Shown piece after piece: positions 1 to 11,279 of a stretch of 64,000 nucleotides of DNA (the first letter of the stretch is position 1; every line of letters starts with the position of its first letter). The notes under the pieces are model-generated. The model was not told where the DNA came from. It searched no databases and saw only the letters and a program-made list of their open reading frames with translations. Both the position numbers and the translations under genes were made by a program. Source of the DNA: Monocercomonoides exilis PA203 (taxonomy: Eukaryota; Protista; Preaxostyla); assembly GCA_001643675.2 (NCBI GenBank), contig LSRY02000031.1, positions 1,054,001-1,118,000 on the forward strand, read 5' to 3'.

Positions 1-180
1 TGTTGACCATCTTCAAACAATTTTTAAGAATGCAAACCTTATGCAAAAATAGAAATTGAAGTATTTCTCAACGATTGAATGTTTATTTTTATGTTTTGAG
101 AAATACTGATGATTGCTGTAATGAATCTGTGAAATTCATCGATTTCCGATTTATAAGATATTTTTGAATATTTCTAATTT

Positions 181-212
<32 letters not shown>

Positions 213-1183
213 TTGATATGTGTGTTTTTTTTTTTGAAATCGTATTTATTTTTAATTAAGTTTCTGTTTTGAATTTTCTATTGAATATAAACAAATGAAC
301 AATGAAAAGGCTGATAAAAAACATTTTCATTTTTAATTATGTGAATTCATATGTTTTTAAACAGTTGTGGTGATTGAAGCATTTGACAACAAAATCTCTT
401 CCGAATGATAAACTCTTTTTGAAAAAACAACGTTCCGAAAAAAGTTATGATTTCAAAAATAATCACCCAATATCATTAAAAAAGATCAAAAATCAAAAAG
501 AAATTAAATTATGGGTTGTTGTAATCTTTTTTCAAAAAAAATAATCATGTTGTTTTTCGAAAATATTCCAAAATATCAAACAATATAGCCTTTTCGTAAT
601 ATTTGGAAGAAAAAAATATTTCTGGAAACAATTAAAATACTTTTATAATTATAAATCAAAAAAAGAAATTTATTTTTAACATTTTTCACATAGTCGAATT
701 AATTTTAAATTTTGAATAATCTTTTTTTTTTTGAATTGAGTCATAAAAAAAATTCAAACAATTAGAAATTTTAATTATAAAGAAAAAAACAAAGGAGAAA
801 TATTTTGAATTGAAAAGATAGAATTATTTTTCAAATGAGAAAATATTCGAGAATTATAATCAAAAACAAAAATGATGAGCATTATTATTTTTCAACTTTT
901 TTGAAAAAACAAATTGAAGGATGCCAATTTTCCGAAGCGAGATGATTACAATAATCATTCCGTTTTTCAGGAATTATTTCTGAAACATCATGATCATTGC
1001 ACTCAATAAACTTTGAAATGGAACTAGGTTTAGAAACATCTTCTTTCACAACGGCCAAAAAATTCCCTTGCTCATTAAGAACACTTGAATGAATAACACA
1101 TCCAACAAATTCATAAACAACAACATCATCAACAGAACTTGAAGTTAAAAAATAATTTTCAGAGGAAACCTTTGGATCAAATA

Positions 1184-1445
1184 TGGGTGATTATTTATGA
1201 AATCATTTTATTCCATTCAAAAATTTCGGTGAAAAAATATAACTTGAATATCAATGGAAAAAAAATTGAAAAGTTAAAAGGCTTATTGAATGCATTTTAA
1301 TCTTTGATTCGGAAAAACCATTTGTTATTAAAAAACAATTATCATGATTTTTCTCTGTTGAATAAAAATTTTCTTTCAAAAAAACTTACAATCTTTGAAA
1401 AATCAACAAACTGAAAAAAGATGTGATTTCAAAAATAATCTCCCA
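1184..1445. mobile_element. ~262-bp MITE (TGGGTGATT...AATC[T/A]CCCA family), TA TSD
   Basis: Terminal inverted repeats with TA on both sides (1182-83, 1446-47). The internal sequence matches the reverse complement of 48479-48738. Confidence 0.85.
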
Positions 1446-2354
1446 TATTCTTAAATCCTCAGGTCCAAACCCTGAATCAACAAAATGAATAGAAAGAGGA
1501 GGAACAATTACAGTGAAAAAATCGCCAACGTAGAGTAAAACACTTTCCACTCTTGGAAAATACAAAAAACGAACATATTTCAAAAATTGTCTATCTTTGT
1601 GACATGATACACACTCTCCTTCTCTCTTTTCAAGCAAAAAAAGAATTACAAGTTAATAAAACTTGAAGACCAGAAACAACATCTGATCCTCTAATTGAAA
1701 CAAAAAACTGATCATCCCTTTTTGAAATTATGTAATCATTTCAATGAACACACATTAAAATATTTTTTGACATGATAGAAAACATATTATTTATTTCATT
1801 AAAATTTTTAGAAAGAACTTTGAGAAGTCTTTCAAAAACAACAGACAATTCTTTTGGCTGATTCTTCCCTCCAAGATAAGTATCGTAAAATTTATTTATT
1901 TGTCCTCCTTCCCACACGTCGAAATAATGCGAAGAGATTCGAAGAATATAAAACAAACACTTATAAGTTTCTAACATGTTGTTCATTGAAGAAATGTCTA
2001 TAAATTCAAGATTAAGAGAAGCCATGCATTGACAAATGGATGAAAGAGAGCACACACTGCCATTGTTTTTCAAGCCTCTTTGTGAAGAAAGAAGCATGAT
2101 AACGCAGGATCTTGAATTTTCTTTAGAAGATAATGGAGAAAAAGATGATGATGAAGAATTTTCCTTTTTTATTGTTTTGTAATTTTGGATGAATAAGTCG
2201 AAGGTATTTTGCATTTCTTTGCTTCTTTTTTATTCATGTGAAATGAAGAAGTGGCTTCAAAAGAAATACAAAAATCATTGATATGATGTGTAAATGAAAA
2301 AGAATCATTTTTTTCACTTTCTTTGAACATGTTTGTGGAAATTTGAAGAGAAGG

Positions 2355-2355
2355 T

Positions 2356-2396
<41 letters not shown>

Positions 2397-2397
2397 T
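2355..2397. repeat. (CTGTTG)n microsatellite; encodes poly-Q on the minus strand
   Basis: Direct inspection. Confidence 0.9.
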
Positions 2398-4077
2398 GTC
2401 TGAAAATTCTGCATTGATGTGATAGATGAAGGACAAAAAGAAGAGGAAGAAGAAGAAGGAAGAGAAGAGGAAGGAATTTATAAATCAGACTGACCGGATG
2501 ATGCAACCTGTTCTATTTGTGTTGTCTCAGAGTGATTTGGAGAATGTGCCTGTGTTTCTGTTGGAAATGAGCTTGTTGTTGAAGCCTAAGACGAACAAGG
2601 CAATGGGAATGAAGCATATGAAGCACTTGCATTGGAAAGCGAAGGCTGCAATTGCAACACATCTGAAGGAGCACATGCAGAAGATGGAGAATATATTGAA
2701 GATGTTGAAGACGCAAAAGAAGGCGAAGACGAAGAAAAAGAAGATAAGAAGAGTGAAAGGAAGCTAATTGAAATGAATGAGAGGATGCTGAGAGGATATA
2801 ATGAGAAGAAGACTGAAATGTTAGTGTCAAAATTTTCATTTGCATTGTTTTGTTCCACTTCACAAATGATTTTGATAACTGAAGCGAATGAATTGGAATA
2901 AAGTTTGCATTTTTAATTTGTTCAAAATGAATAGTTAAATTTTTTTATTATCGAAAATAGAAATAAAATAAGTTATAAAAGAAAAACAAAAAGAAATAAG
3001 CAAACAGTTGCATGATAAAATAAAATTACGGAAAAGAAGTTTTCCAAATTCATCATCAAGCACAAAAGTTTGAAATAGCAAAATAGGCGCTCGTAATGCA
3101 TTTTCCAAAATAAATATCAGCAATATATGATGCTTTCTATTTTATCAATCTTTGACGTGAACTTCGATGAGCTTTAGTCGTGCTAAACATGAAAAAAAGA
3201 TAAAATTTCCAGAAAATGAAATTATTATGGAAAGCAAACAATATTTTGTAAAAGCCAATATATTAAAAATAGTTCAATTAATCACTCGTCATAATTTGCA
3301 GAACTTATGAAGAAACAAACATGAAAATGCAAAAACAAAAATCAAAAGATCTTTTCAAAAAATAATTTTTAATAGAAAAAAAGCAAATGTTTCTTCAATT
3401 GTTTCAAATAATCTATTTCTTTTTTTTGTTGTTGAATGGAAGAAAGAAGAGATTTTGAATAAAAATCAGAATTTGATTGATTAACAGAAGTTGAAAGAAA
3501 AGTTAAATGAGAATTTAAATGAGGAAGAGAAAGATAAGGAGAAGGAAAAAAAGAAAGAGAAATTGGAGTTTGAATTGAAGGAGAAGAAGAAGAAGATAAA
3601 TGTGACGGAAAAGGTGAAATGGAATAAATGTGTGAAGACGGTGAAGTTTTTGGGCGTAGGTGGAAATTGAACCACTTTCAGTTTGAATTTTTTCAAAATT
3701 TGAATATCATAGCGTTAATCTACATAGTTTAACTTAGCGATTCAAGGAGGGAAATTGCGAAATTCGATCATGAAAATTCACTCGATTTTTATTATTGATC
3801 ATAAATCCCATAATTTATTTTTTCATTTTTGATCAAAAACATTATTTGAATGAATATTTTTGAGAATGTCAAAATTTGTTTTATCAAATAAATAAAGTTT
3901 GTGGAAACGCAAGTTATATTGCAATCATTTGTTATGATGCAAATACAACAATACGAGTTGTGTTGCTGTGCTGATCTGGATTATAAGAAGAGAATTACAT
4001 GATTTTTATGTTGACAAACAACACAAGGCTAAAACTAATTTTTTCGATAAAGGAACGAATATTTTGTCGACAATCAC

Positions 4078-7000
4078 AATTGTAGTGGAAATGGTAGTGG
4101 GATGATGATGCATCCAGCAGTTGAATTTTACAATTTCTCTATCATTTCTGTGGACTTCACAGGCTGCAAAGCAAATTCTGGAGGATATTATGTGTTTGTG
4201 AATGGGAGCAATTCTGCAAGCTGGAAAAGAAACTCCTCAACGCTGGATGTGCAATATGATAATAAAAATTTCAACGAGTTGGTGGGATATGATCGGAGTG
4301 ACACAACAATGGGGCTATTCCCATTGAATGTGTATTTGGACAGATATCCGAATGCAGCACATGTGGGGAAGGAGGTGAATGGGCTGGGTGGATACGACTC
4401 GTGGTTCTGTGGGTTTGACTATTATCCGTGTGCCACCATCACCCATGCAGCTCAGGTGAAGTATCCAGACATTAACAAAAAGATCGAATTGGATTCAGGA
4501 TATGAGCTTGCTGAGGCAGTTGGAATGACAGATGGTCGTGAATGGGAGATATCATGTGAGACAAAAGGGATGGAAGTTGGGGTGAAAGCACCAGAGAATT
4601 TTGAGTCATCTTGTCTGATTGAGGCGTTGAGCAAATTTTCAATGAGAAACATCAAGTTGTGTATCACATCAGCTCAGTCTGGTGCATCATCATCATCTCT
4701 GATCACATCCAACTCCACACTCCTCACACTCACTGACTGTTCTGTTGTTTGTTCATCTGACAATTCAATTTGATATTGTTTTGTGAATGTGATTTGGGTG
4801 AAAGTGATAGTGGAACGATTATAAATAAAAGAGACCTTGACATTTGGAGAACATTTACCGATTGAGTTTACTGAAAGTGTCGATGTTGTGAACATAAAAG
4901 GATGCAATGTTGCAAGCATTAAGAAGAGAAACGGAAATGGATGATGGGTGAGTGGAGTGGTTGGAGCAGAGAGAGAAGATGTGAAGAATGGGATAATTGT
5001 GATTGAGTCGTGTGTTGTGAAGGGGTGCAGGTGTGCTTGTGGATAAGGAGGAGGGATAAGTGTTGTTGTGAAGGGGGAAGGGAGTGTTGTTGTGAATGGG
5101 AGTTGAGTGATTGATTGGAGTGACGCGAAGGGTCCAAGGGAGAGTTCAGGTGGAAGAGAAGGAAGAAGGGGAGGGATGATGATTGTGATGGAGAGCAGGG
5201 ATGGTTCAATGAAAATGGAATCTGGAAAAGACTATTTGTTTGGAGAGAATAACAAAGCTGAATATGGGAAGGATGTGTTTGTAGGTTGTGGGAGTGGTGT
5301 GTTGCTGGAGTCGAAAGTGAATGGGAGTTCATTTTCATTTTTTGATTTTCGTGAGATTCCCTCTGATGTTGTGAAGTTGTGTGGGAGTGAGGATGGGAGA
5401 GAAGGGGAAGTGATTCCGCTGTTTGTATATTTGTGTTCAATTGGCTCGAAGTTGAGAGTTGATGGGAGTGGAGAGAGTGTATTGGATTACAGTTATTGTG
5501 GGATTAAGGAGTTTGGGTGTTTGGCAGTTGATTATTGTGCGAACTCAAAATTGAGTGAAAGATCAAAAGAAATAGAGATTGTCTCATCTTCTTCAACAAA
5601 TGATGAAATTGAATTATCTTTATTTGATGTGAATATTTCAGGCAGAATAGAATTATCATCAGAGGAGGAGAGGATACAGGTGAATGTTAGTGATGAAGGA
5701 TCAGCCACACAAGATTGGCTTGTTGGATGTTCGAGTTCAGTGACTATGAGCAGACTTTCATATATTGTGAAAGATCAGTTGAATTCAAGGAGAAATGCAT
5801 TCATCCATTCAACATCAACACTCAGTATGACGAACTGTTCAGTCTCATTTGAAAGTGGGGCATTGACTGATGGAATGATGGGATACAGTATCATTGACAT
5901 GGCAGGAGGGAATCTGATTATTGATGGATTTGTGATGGAAAGTGGAGTGACACTGACAATGAATGGGAAATCACCAATAACGATGACAAGTGGAGTTCAA
6001 TTGGAATTGAAGAACAGCAGAGTGAGTGGAGTTGAGGTGGAAGTTGCAGGTGGAAATGGAGGAGGGGGATGTTTGAACGTTGGGATGAATGAAGAAGGAA
6101 ATGTGAAAATTGAAGAAAGCAATTTTTCATCAAGATGCTCAGGTGGAAGTGGAATGAAAGGAGGAGGGATGACGATATCAATTAGAAGTGGAGGAACATT
6201 GAGGGTGAAAGGAGTGAATTTGTCAGGATGTGAAGCGCCATCAGAGGATGTTGAGAATGGAGGGAGAGGAATGGGAGGAGGGATGTTTGCTGAATTTGTC
6301 AATCAAATGGGAACATTTTCATTGGAGAGCATGGAATTTGAAGGATGTGAGGCATGGAAAGGGAATAACATGTTTGTTTCAGGATGGGAACTGAGTGAGA
6401 TTGTGAATGAGGATCATTTCAAATGGGATATGAATTCAGAGGAGTTGATATCGTCTGATGAGTTGTGTGGATGGGAGAGGAAGATGACAGGAGATGAGGG
6501 ATATGTGATTCCATTGGTTGTGTATTTGTGGAACAACTGGAGTGGGAATGGGTTTGTTTCAGGAATAGAAGGAGGAGACTTCAGCGGGTGCGGGTTTTCT
6601 GAAACACCGTGTTCATCGATTGATCACTTGGTTTCTCTGAAATATGGCTCACTTGTAGAAGGCGAAACACACATCAGGATTGTGGAATCGGGGTTGCTGA
6701 GCTATTCCATATCATTCTTGTCTTTGTTGCAAACTTCACCAGATTCAGATTCACCAAAAGTGGTGATTGAAGGAACAAAGAAAGGGACAGGTGTGACAAT
6801 TACTGATGAAGATGATAATGATTAGGATGGTGGATCAATGATATCGTCGAATGTGAGTCCGTCGTTCTTCAATTTATCATTCACTAAACCCAGCATAACC
6901 ACCAATCATGAAGTATTCAATGATTCTTCTGGAACAAATACACTCTTATCTGTTTCAGATTGTTCATTTGGATCATTGACAGGGCTGACAGAGGCATTTG

Positions 7001-8450
7001 GATATTGCATGATGAGAGTGAATGGAGTTAGCGGTCTGATCGAGAAATGAACAATGAATTTGATTTCTGATTTGAAAGGATTCATCAGTTTCAGCCGAAG
7101 TGTCAATCAGGTGATTGTTCAGAAAGTGAACATTTCATTAACCACTGTGACAGATGGAAGTCTGATTTCTATGATTGAAGAGGAAAACCAGATGAACGGA
7201 GGTGAGAGCACCCATTTGAATGGGAATAGACAAGTTCTGAGGGATGTTGGGTGTTCATTTGCGAACATCACGAATGAAGGGATTGGAGCGAGTGTCATTG
7301 ATGTGGGATCATTTGAGAATGGAGTGGAGTGCGTGGTGGATGAGTGTTCGATGTCGAGTTGCAAGAGTGGTTTGAGTGATGAAGGAGGGGGGATGAGAGT
7401 GGTGCTGAAGAGTGGGGAGTCAGTGTTGAAAGTGAATGGGAGCTCGTTTTCGATGTGCAAGTGCTCGAGTGGGACAGGGTGTGGAGGAGGGCTGTTTATT
7501 GATGGGTCAGACCCACATGCGAATATTGGAAATGAAAGTCAGATTCCACCTCTGATTTTGAAGATTGTGAACATGCTGTTTGAGATAAATGAGGCACGTG
7601 TGGCGAAAGACATATATGTCAGATGCCACTAGATTGAGCACCAGATCAACGAAACATTGTTTGCGCTGAACTACAACCAGGAATCATTTGGCACAAATAA
7701 CTCCATCTGTGAGAGGAATGCAATCAATGAGATTGAAGTTGATCTGATTCCGTGATCACATTCTATTATTCGGCACAGGTGTTTGTGAGTGGGAGAGGGA
7801 GTGATGGGAGGGGACGTGGATTACAGAGCAACCCTTGTTCCAGCATCAACTGTGGGATTGAGCACATCCAGGAAGGAGTAATGAATGCGATTCTGATTAA
7901 TGGGGAAGAGTTTGAGACAGAAGAACTTGTGATTGGAGATCTGAATGTGAATCCATTCAAAAAGTCTCAGGCGATTGTGAATCTGAAATCGGAAATAGCG
8001 AAATCAGCAGAGAAGGATCGCATCATGTGGTTTATAAATGAAAGCGCTGTGGAGAGGTGCTCATTCGAGTTTGAAGATACGTTTGAGGCTTCTCGCAACT
8101 GCATAATGAAAGAAAAGAACGGGTCAATGGAGATCCAAAAATGCGAGTTCAACTCATCAGCAACAGCAGAAGACATGAAGCTGAACAGTTCGGTTGTGAG
8201 CGTGGAATGCAGAGAGCTGAAAATCTCAGAAACAACATTCAAAGATATTTATTCATCAAGATTGGTGCTTTCATTCCATGAAGAATCGAATGTGATTATT
8301 GATGAAACAAGAATATCGAATATCAAATGTGAGGGAGATGTTGTGAGTGTTGGAGGGAAAGCGAAAGTGGAGATGAAAAAGATGAAAGTTGAGAATGTGA
8401 CTCTGTTGTTGGAGGGGTGTGTGATTGGGATGGAAGATGCTGAACAAGAG
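4078..8450 (+). pseudogene. Fragment of a large Gly/Cys-rich beta-helix-like surface protein family gene (lineage-expanded type)
   Basis: Repeated D..CG....PC.S/T modules and GGG turns across ORFs 4102, 5107, 6838, 7054 and 7752. Several stops and frameshifts; no start, signal peptide or C-terminal anchor. Confidence 0.7.
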
Positions 8451-9323
8451 GAAAGATTGTGCATGTTATTTGATAAAAACAGTTTTTCTTTTCTTGACGT
8501 TATTGTGGTGATGAATAAAAACGAAACCGTCTTCAAGGATGAAGTCAATTTTTAAGTAAAGTGGAATAAAGAAATATCAGATAAATTTACACGGTGCACT
8601 TTGATTGTTACTGTTTTTTCATCTTCATTATTATTGCAATGTTGGACAGATCATCATATTATTGTCAAAGTCAAACAATCTGTTGATTATTCAGCGTGAT
8701 GTGATAAATGTTATTTGATAAGAAAAGAATGGAAAAAGAAAATTACAAAGTTATCGGCTTTGTTGTTGTGCTAATGCTTTTTGACTTCAGCAAGCTTCGA
8801 AGCATTCGCCTTTGAGTCAACTGTCTTAATTGTCTCAAATTAATATTTTGTTTTTATTTTATTGTTTTCAATCGATGCTCAATAAAGAATTCTGTGTTTT
8901 CTTTGCACATGTGAATTCCATATGTTTCAATGTTCGCAAGAGATAATTTCTTTGTTGTGTATATTATTCTTCGTTTCTTTCTGAGTGAATTTTTTTCATC
9001 ATCTTCATCTTCTTCTTCTTTGTCTTCCTTTTTCTTATCCTCTTCTTCCTCCTCCTCTTCATCTCTCTCCTCTTCATCATCTTCATTTTCAACGTTGTCT
9101 CTCAAGTTTTCAAGGTTGGACGCATTTGTTGGATCAAAACTTGAATCATCATTCATTGTTTCACTTTTTTGTCAGTTTCATCAATTCTTTTCCGTTTTTG
9201 TTTTTTGCACATCGTTTCTAAATCAGATGCATCGAACAATTCGATTGGAATTTCCTATTTTTGTGTTATTTCCTTTTTCTTTTCACACAATTCTTATCAT
9301 TTGTCTTTTTCTTCATTTAGGAG

Positions 9324-10218
9324 TTAGGATTTTCTGCATATATAATTCTCATATGTGTAAATGAACGCCTGTAATTCTCTTGTGTTGATTTTGGAGAGGA
9401 CACTCATCATTTTCTGAAGATCATTAAAATTAATGAACATATTAACATATGCATATACGTATTCTTCTTTTATTTGATATGTATTTCCTCTTCTTTGTAT
9501 GTGTGCTTTCACATGCGACCACATTCATTCAATTGTTTGTGTGGAAATTTTTCTGTTTGTTTTATTCACAAAGTTTGTTGAGTGGTTTACGCTTTGAAGT
9601 TTGGAACTTTTTTTTTCTAAAATGTTGTAAGCAGACCACATGTCTGAATTAACAGTTGCTGATTTGTCTATGTTTCTTTCTAAAAAATTTAATAGTGACT
9701 GTTCAATTATATTTGGAAGAAACTCAAGTTTCAGTTTCTGTTTCTGTCCTTCTGTTTTTCTTTCTATTTTGCACCAACGCCATTGTTGTTCCTTTTCTCT
9801 TCCCACATTATTTTTGCTTTTTGAAATAAGTGTTTCATCCATTTCTATTGTTTTGTTGATGCCTATTTTGTCTGAGCAATTCAGTTCAAAATAGGCACAA
9901 ATTCTTCTCATCAATTGATAGAATTTACAATTGTTTTATTTGATAAATCTGTTTCTTTTGTCGTTTCTTTTATCTCGTGCCGATACCAGTAATGGTACAA
10001 CAAGCACATTGAAGAAAATGGTGATATTTTGTGTGCATTAAATATTGTTTTTTTATTCCAAAAATATTCCTTTTTGCATTTTTGCATCTAAATGAAAAAT
10101 TGCTTTTTTTATAACTCCATTTTTCAAGTTTCATATTGACCCCGCACTTATAACATTTAATATTTTTGTTAAAAATTCCATATTCTTCAAACAGTGAAAG
10201 GGAATACTCTTCGCTCAC
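9324..10218 (-). pseudogene. ISXO2-like (Merlin) DDE transposase, disrupted
   Basis: N-terminal CYKC...FRC zinc finger; IEMDET, SDMWSAY, VNHSTNFV and TQTIE*MWSHVK motifs. In-frame TGA at 9525-27 and a break near 9915-9970. Confidence 0.88.
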
Positions 10219-10519
10219 TGATTAATTAATTAGAAACTGTGTGAATGTTGGAAATTTGTTCTTTTCTGATTCCTCTTGCATGGATTTGATGAGTATTCTA
10301 AATTTTTTAAAGTTCAAATTAGATTATTTCATAATGTTTTTGATCAAAAATGAAAAAATAAATTATGGGATTTATGATCAATAATAAAAATCGAGTGAAT
10401 TTTCATGATCGAATTTCGCAATTTCCCTCCTTGAATCGCTAAGTTAAACTATGTAGATTAACGCTATGATATTCAAATTTTGAAAAAATTCAAACTGAAA
10501 GTGGTTCAATTTCCACCTA

Positions 10520-10926
10520 TAGTTAGTGTTTATAATGGTGGACACTTTCAATAACTGTAGACAGTGGCATTATCTCAGCAACCGTTGATAGTTGCATTTC
10601 GATAAAAAACTCAACTACTCCATCATTCAATATGAACTTCAAAGTCATTCAAAAATGAAACAACTTGCTCTGCAGAATTTTGAAAAAAAACATTTTTAAT
10701 TTTCGGAGAAACCCAAAGAAATTAAATTCTCAAATTTTCTCCGAAAATTAAAAATTGTTTTTATATAATTTCATTATATTGGTTTTGTGATTAAAACTAT
10801 TCATATTAGTTCATAAGCATTGAGGGAATAGTTGGGTTTATTGATGAAATGCAACAATCAACGGTTGCTGAGATAATGCCACTGTCCACATTTATTGAAA
10901 GTATCCACCATTATTAACACTAACTA
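10520..10926. mobile_element. ~407-bp foldback MITE, TA TSD, abutting the Merlin right end
   Basis: TAGTTAGTGTT...AACACTAACTA with imperfect inverted symmetry over the whole length; TA at 10518-19 and 10927-28. Confidence 0.8.
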
Positions 10927-11279
10927 TATTTGATAAAAGTGTTGAAAAACTTCATCGCACCATTCCATTTCATCTTCAGCACAACAAAATGCAATTTTTT
11001 CACCAATTAGTATTTATTTCAAATTTTTGACCAACATTGAAATGCTGACTTGTCCTGACTGTCATGACCGTCATGACCGTCACTAACAATCAAAAATTCC
11101 TATTTTGCCTTTTCGTCAGTTTCCAAATGCAATTTTTTCATTGATTAAAAGCTAGAAAAAAAGTGTTTTGTTTTTCTTGTATAAATAATAAATTTAAAAA
11201 TGAAACTTAATGAATTATTTGGTTTTTTTCCTTTCACAAAAAATTAAAACTTAAATAAATCACTGACGTGAATATTTTT

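Larger units (their letters stand above)
892..2858 (-). pseudogene. Decayed USP (C19 ubiquitin-specific protease)-like gene, interrupted by a MITE
   Basis: Cys box RGLKNNGSVCSLSSICQCM near 2030-2080; CVH* and CVSC zinc-ribbon motifs; FLYFPRVESVLL; His-box-like YEFVGCVIHSSVLNEQGNFLAVVK...FIECNDHDVS at ~980-1120. Contains in-frame stops and frameshifts. Removing the 1184-1445 insertion plus one TA restores the frame (GPEDLRIFDPKVSSENY). Confidence 0.75.
3659..10517 (-). mobile_element. Merlin/IS1595(ISXO2)-type DNA transposon with 187-bp TIRs and captured host cargo
   Basis: 3659-3845 and 10331-10517 are inverted copies, identical by eye (GGTGGAAATTGAACCAC...). TA flanks both ends. An ISXO2-like transposase lies next to the right TIR. 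Confidence 0.8.
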
